DNA of 56,230 bases, counting the filler, from Bipalium vagum (Eukaryota): the NCBI GenBank assembly GCA_037834085.1. It is 3 parts of 3 records of this genome, joined end to end, with 100 filler letters (N's around TTAATTAATTAA, not from the genome) between each part and the next. Parts side by side here need not be neighbours in the genome. Positions count along the whole stretch, not along the records: positions 34,576 to 56,230 come from JBBMKC010234053.1; 2 more parts are not named here. One strand, given 5' to 3'. Position 1 is the stretch's first letter. Each line of letters starts with the position of its first letter. The notes under the pieces were generated by a model, which saw only the letters and a list, made by a program, of their open reading frames with translations, ran no database searches and was not told where the DNA came from. The position numbers and the translations under genes were made by a program. Shown here in pieces: positions 41,521-56,230 of the stretch.

Positions 41521-43249
41521 TTTCTATTCAATAATAACATTTATTAAAGGTGTTATCGATTAGTTAAGTCCCTACAATTATATATATAAAATGAAAATAA
41601 GACTAAGCCTGAACAGTTAATAACTTTTCAAGCCTAAATAAATTTCTAATAATGAATTTCACATGTTCTGTTGAGATCTACAGTAAACCACCACTACAAG
41701 CCCCCAAGACTATCAATCAATCAAAAATGGATTGAAGGTTGGAGTCTCCACACTAATTATTAATGAATTAAATAACAAAAGTTAATAATATTATATAAAA
41801 TTATGATAGAAAAAATCATAACAAATAGTAATATTATAAATAAAGTATGTCAAAAATCAAATGAAAAATATGATAAAATAATGTCAAAATATAAAATAAA
41901 GAATCAATGAAAGTTTAACAAGATAAATAATATGATTACTCATAATCGATTACTTGTTTATTAATAAATTAAGAAGGAAAAGAATTAACTAATTGTTAAA
42001 GAGAATTACAAACAAATTTGATATTTTTTTTGCCGATGGGAGAGCAAAGGTCGTTAGCTACACCCAATTGGTTCGCCTAGAGAGGACCAAACTCGATGGA
42101 ACCCATTAAGAATCCTGTAGCATTTCAAAGCATAATTTAAATGAAAATAATGTCCAAATATTTCTTCTAACGCTTTTGAATTTGTAAATTGATTACTCTG
42201 TTGATAAAATTCTTTAGTTAATCTATTTAATGATAAAATTCTTCAAATATACCTTCTACTGGTAAAATCAATAATATTTTAATTCTCTTCGAATAATCCG
42301 AAATAAGTACTTCGTAAAAATCAACAAAATATAAATATGTAATCTTAATATTTATCAATCCCGATGTGGGTCTGATTTTACACTCTCAGTGGTCTTTTAC
42401 CTTTTAATTCTGAGTCTAATCCGCTAATAAATTCATTTCTTTTAGCTCAGGTCAGACTGATATTTTGACGAGTTAGGTAGCATTAGCTATCTTACCATTA
42501 GTCAAAGAGGTAATTAGTCGATGAGCTTGCTTAGGACAATATAACACTTCGCAGTTCTGTCGGGAAAAGACGATGAAGAAAGTAAATCGAGTTTTGAAAG
42601 GACAGACAATAACTTGATTCGAGAAATAAATTGATATTTTAATTTTAAATTAAAGTTAATTATTGATAAATAAATAAATTTCTGGTTGATTCGATTTTAA
42701 ATTGATCTAGTATTTATTTTTTGTTTTAAAGAAAATAAGATTAAATCTATTGAGTTGAAGTAAAGATTTGATTAATCTATCCAACTTAGATTTTAGAGAG
42801 ATTCGGTGGTTTTATTAGTTGATAAAGGTCATAAAAAATTCGACTAGTATTTGAGACCAAAGACTACATTTGTGGGAAATTTAACTTAAGTGATTACCTA
42901 GTATAAATGCCATAATTATCAAATTGATTTTTTGTTTTATCTCTTTATTTTTCTTCCGTTAATGTATTTTGATAACTACAGAATAGACAATACACAATAT
43001 AATGTGGTCTTCGCCATTGTGAAATTTAGATTTTCCTCATGAGAAAAGTACCACTGAAAGTGAACATTATTCTTTGGTTTGCATTTTCTATATAGTCAAA
43101 CATTTTTGGAAAACAAGCATGAGAAAAAGCTGCTGACAAAAATGCTTTAAGAAATAGTTAATAATCAGTTGTTATATTAAAACATTCGTCAGATTAAACA
43201 TATCATTGGTTGAAATAATCATTTTGGTTTAAAAATGGCATTCAAAAGA

Positions 43250-43450
43250 AGAATCTGTGAAAATGCAAATTGAAATTCGAACAATATCTAGATAATATAA
43301 AATGGTAATTTCATTAAAAGGCACAATCGAAAACTAATTTTTATCCATAGTTACGGAATTCGAATGTGGGCGTTACTATTTACACGATGAATCAAAAGTA
43401 GGGCGTGCATCATCTGTTGAAAAAATTAAAGTTTAAGCAGAATTATTATC
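43250..43450 (+). mobile_element. Mariner N-terminal relic
   Basis: EFECGRYYLHDESKVGRASSVEK. Confidence 0.5.
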
Positions 43451-44016
43451 GAATTTTAAATTACATTTTTTTAGAATTAGAAATAAAACACGAAAACCGT
43501 ATTTTTTATTTATATTTAACAAAAATTTAATTTTTAATGAAAAATTAAAAGAACCAGAAGAACGTTACATTATTAAGAAATCATGATTTTTTCCAGTTAC
43601 AATACAAAGACCTTATTAATTCCTTTTAACACAAAATAAAGTTATCCTTCCCAGTGATAAAAAATTCTGTAACTGTTTTTTAAGTATTTATTTATCCAAC
43701 ATTATTCACATAAAATGTTCAATAATCTAAAGCTATCTATTAATAATTTTGTGATATTTGCCATTTACTGAATTCTTTTCCACAGATAACACAAGCACGC
43801 TTTCTCGTGTCGAATTTTATATACTGACAAGCTTAAATTATGAAAATTAACCTTAATGCCAATGTGACACTGTATGATTGTAGCAAAACAGAATAACATT
43901 AATTTTCTGTATAAAGATATAGATATATAATTTTTTGCCGTGCAAAAAGCACATTGAGAAATCAATCATTTAAACAAGAGACACTTTCAGGAAAAAGAAC
44001 AAATCAATAAAATAAT

Positions 44017-44022
44017 TTTATT
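44017..44022 (-). promoter_or_regulatory. Candidate polyadenylation signal AATAAA of DOT1L
   Basis: First AATAAA about 46 nt after the stop codon. The motif is common in AT-rich DNA. Confidence 0.4.
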
Positions 44023-44067
44023 TATCAATTAAAACACATCTAATAGTCATCGAACAAATTCTATTTA

Positions 44068-54314
<10,247 letters not shown>

Positions 54315-54571
54315 AACATCTATAAAAATAAATTTTGAATTATATTTTAAACTAACATTATTTAAACAATCATTGTATTGTCCTTAAGATTCTTTTCTAA
54401 TTTAATTTATTTTTTTAATATTTTTCCCAATTACGTGAAAAATTTGAACTAATTCATAAAATAACTTATTTTTAAAGTTAAATAAATTTTGTATAACATT
54501 AAAATTTCTATCTCAAAGCAAGATAAGAATTTTATTAAAATAAAAAGATTTGTTTTCAACTAACATGACAG

Positions 54572-54603
<32 letters not shown>

Positions 54604-55079
54604 GTTATTATTATGTTATTATTATGTAGGTATTATGTATGATTACAAACAATTTTATTTATTTTGTTATATTCATATTATTTTACTGTAGTATTGTAAG
54701 AAAATTCACAAAAAAGGACAATACATTTTAATTAAGTAAAATTATTTTGTTAAAAACAATATTGAACTATTATTTGATAGTTGTTATTACTAATTCTTAT
54801 AAAAATAGATTCGTAATAATAAATTTTAAAGTAAAATTATTTTCATAAAAATATATTTTTTTAAAAATTTGATATAAATAGACATTTTGTTAATACTAAC
54901 TATTCATAAATTATTTTTAGCAACAGGTACTTAATATTAAAAATATCAAAATAAAACCATATACAGCTATTTGAGAACAAAAATTGATAGTAAAGGTAAG
55001 TAATATTTTTAATGAAAAGAATATATATTTTTAAGCAATATTAGAAACTATTCGTTCTAAGTACACAAGTTTTATTTCA

Positions 55080-55690
55080 ATAAAAAAGCCTTCAGTCTCG
55101 ATTAGAGCTTAAAGACGGCTTCTGAAAAGCTCACAAGCCGCGATCAAATGGTTTTTGTTGATATTTATGATAGCAGAACTTATAGAAGCCCGTATTGAAT
55201 CTTTGGTATAATGATGATGTTTATTCGTCTTCTTCTCACGACACCCCATAAGAAATAGTCCAAAGGATTTAAATCGGGTGAGCTAGGTAGCCATAAGTTT
55301 GGAGTGACAGGGTCGTTAAAATTTAGTTATAGTCATTTTTATGTTTTTAATGCTGTATGTCAGGGAGCTGAGTCTTGTTGGAACGCATAAGGGCAACTTT
55401 TTCAATCCAGACACTAAATATAAAGAGATGCATTAATTCTAAGTTCCTGTGGAAAGAAATACGGAGGCATAACATGACCTTCGTTGTGCACAACCCCAAT
55501 ATCATTAAAGATGATGGAAACTTGGTGTGCATAATATTAGGGACTTCAGAAGCACTGGAGCATATCCATCGCTCGTATTGTTATAGCTGTCGAGATTATA
55601 GAATGCTGACGAAAATTAAAGAGGGAAAATTATGCTCTTCAGAAGAGATATTCGAGGCAATTTAAGCAATTGATGAATTAAAGAATGATC
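55080..55690 (-). mobile_element. maT/DD37D transposase 3' relic upstream of DOT1L
   Basis: TKFPSSLMILG, FQQDSAP*H and VTPNLWLPSSPDLNPLDYFLWG. Confidence 0.85.
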
Positions 55691-56230
55691 TGAACGAGAC
55701 AGACAACATCAATGCAGTTCAGAGATACACTGATTAAGGCCAGCAATTAAAAACACGGTCATTGAACGACTACGACCTTAAAATTTTAATCCACAGAGAA
55801 TCAGAAATGAGATGACACGTTGGTCTTGTCAAAAATAGGTCATATTAGTCGAAGATGCCTGGAAACAAAGAAATCTTATTACGCGTGTTGATCTGATCAG
55901 CGCCTGAGAAGTAAGTATGATAGGATAAGATGTACGAGATGTGATAGGAATGGACATCGTACAGAGGAATGTTACACAAATTTGAGACAGCAAGGTTACA
56001 GGCAAAGAAATGACAATGAATTTTTTAACCGACGAAGCAATGCAAGCAGAAGATATGATGAAAAAACGGTTTTTTATCTTTTGTTAGTGTTGGGGTTTTG
56101 TGTGGTAATGTTTACCTCTATTCACTTTACTAAACCTCAACACAAATCAACTTTTAGATATCAGAAGGATTTAGAGAGTGTAACGATCGGAGGTTGCGTT
56201 AAATATGTTTATATTAAGAATCGACTGGGT

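Noticed and set aside
37300-42700. Scattered exon-like, slightly GC-richer patches (38190-38600, 39230-39560, 40150-40400, 42030-42620)
   Set aside because: I could not join them into a consistent reading frame or recognise a protein. An undetected gene or lncRNA is not excluded.

Overview
This is AT-rich invertebrate animal DNA from a draft assembly with three N gaps, two of them containing an artificial TTAATTAATTAA linker. It is not prokaryotic. Three protein-coding loci can be read. (1) A complete multi-exon DOT1L/grappa H3K79 methyltransferase lies on the minus strand (54314->44068, about 725 aa). (2) The first coding exon (TM1-TM4) of a PRXamide/neuromedin-U-type class A GPCR lies at 31220->30627. 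(3) A partial, unidentified spliced gene lies on the plus strand (35364-36451). Most of the rest is a graveyard of decayed cut-and-paste DNA transposons: Tc1 DD34E, several mariner DD34D, maT DD37D, a DD39D-like element, rosa DD41D, pogo and Merlin. None is intact. The main finding is inside DOT1L. The exon encoding the substrate-binding (W305/Y312-equivalent) part of the catalytic domain is present twice in tandem (50196-50302 and 49887-49993). Both copies are exactly 107 nt, phase 1->0, with canonical splice sites and 17/36 identical residues, so they look like mutually exclusive exons. They are accompanied by an 11-bp intronic pairing that brackets the second copy, and a 15-bp hairpin whose only non-Watson-Crick pairs are G.U on the transcribed strand and whose loop carries UGCAUG. 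The gene also contains a candidate poison microexon and a candidate chain of microexons giving an alternative short C-terminus. Together these suggest an RNA-structure-controlled splicing switch on the H3K79 writer. All gene models are hand-built from sequence alone, and human DOT1L comparisons are from memory.
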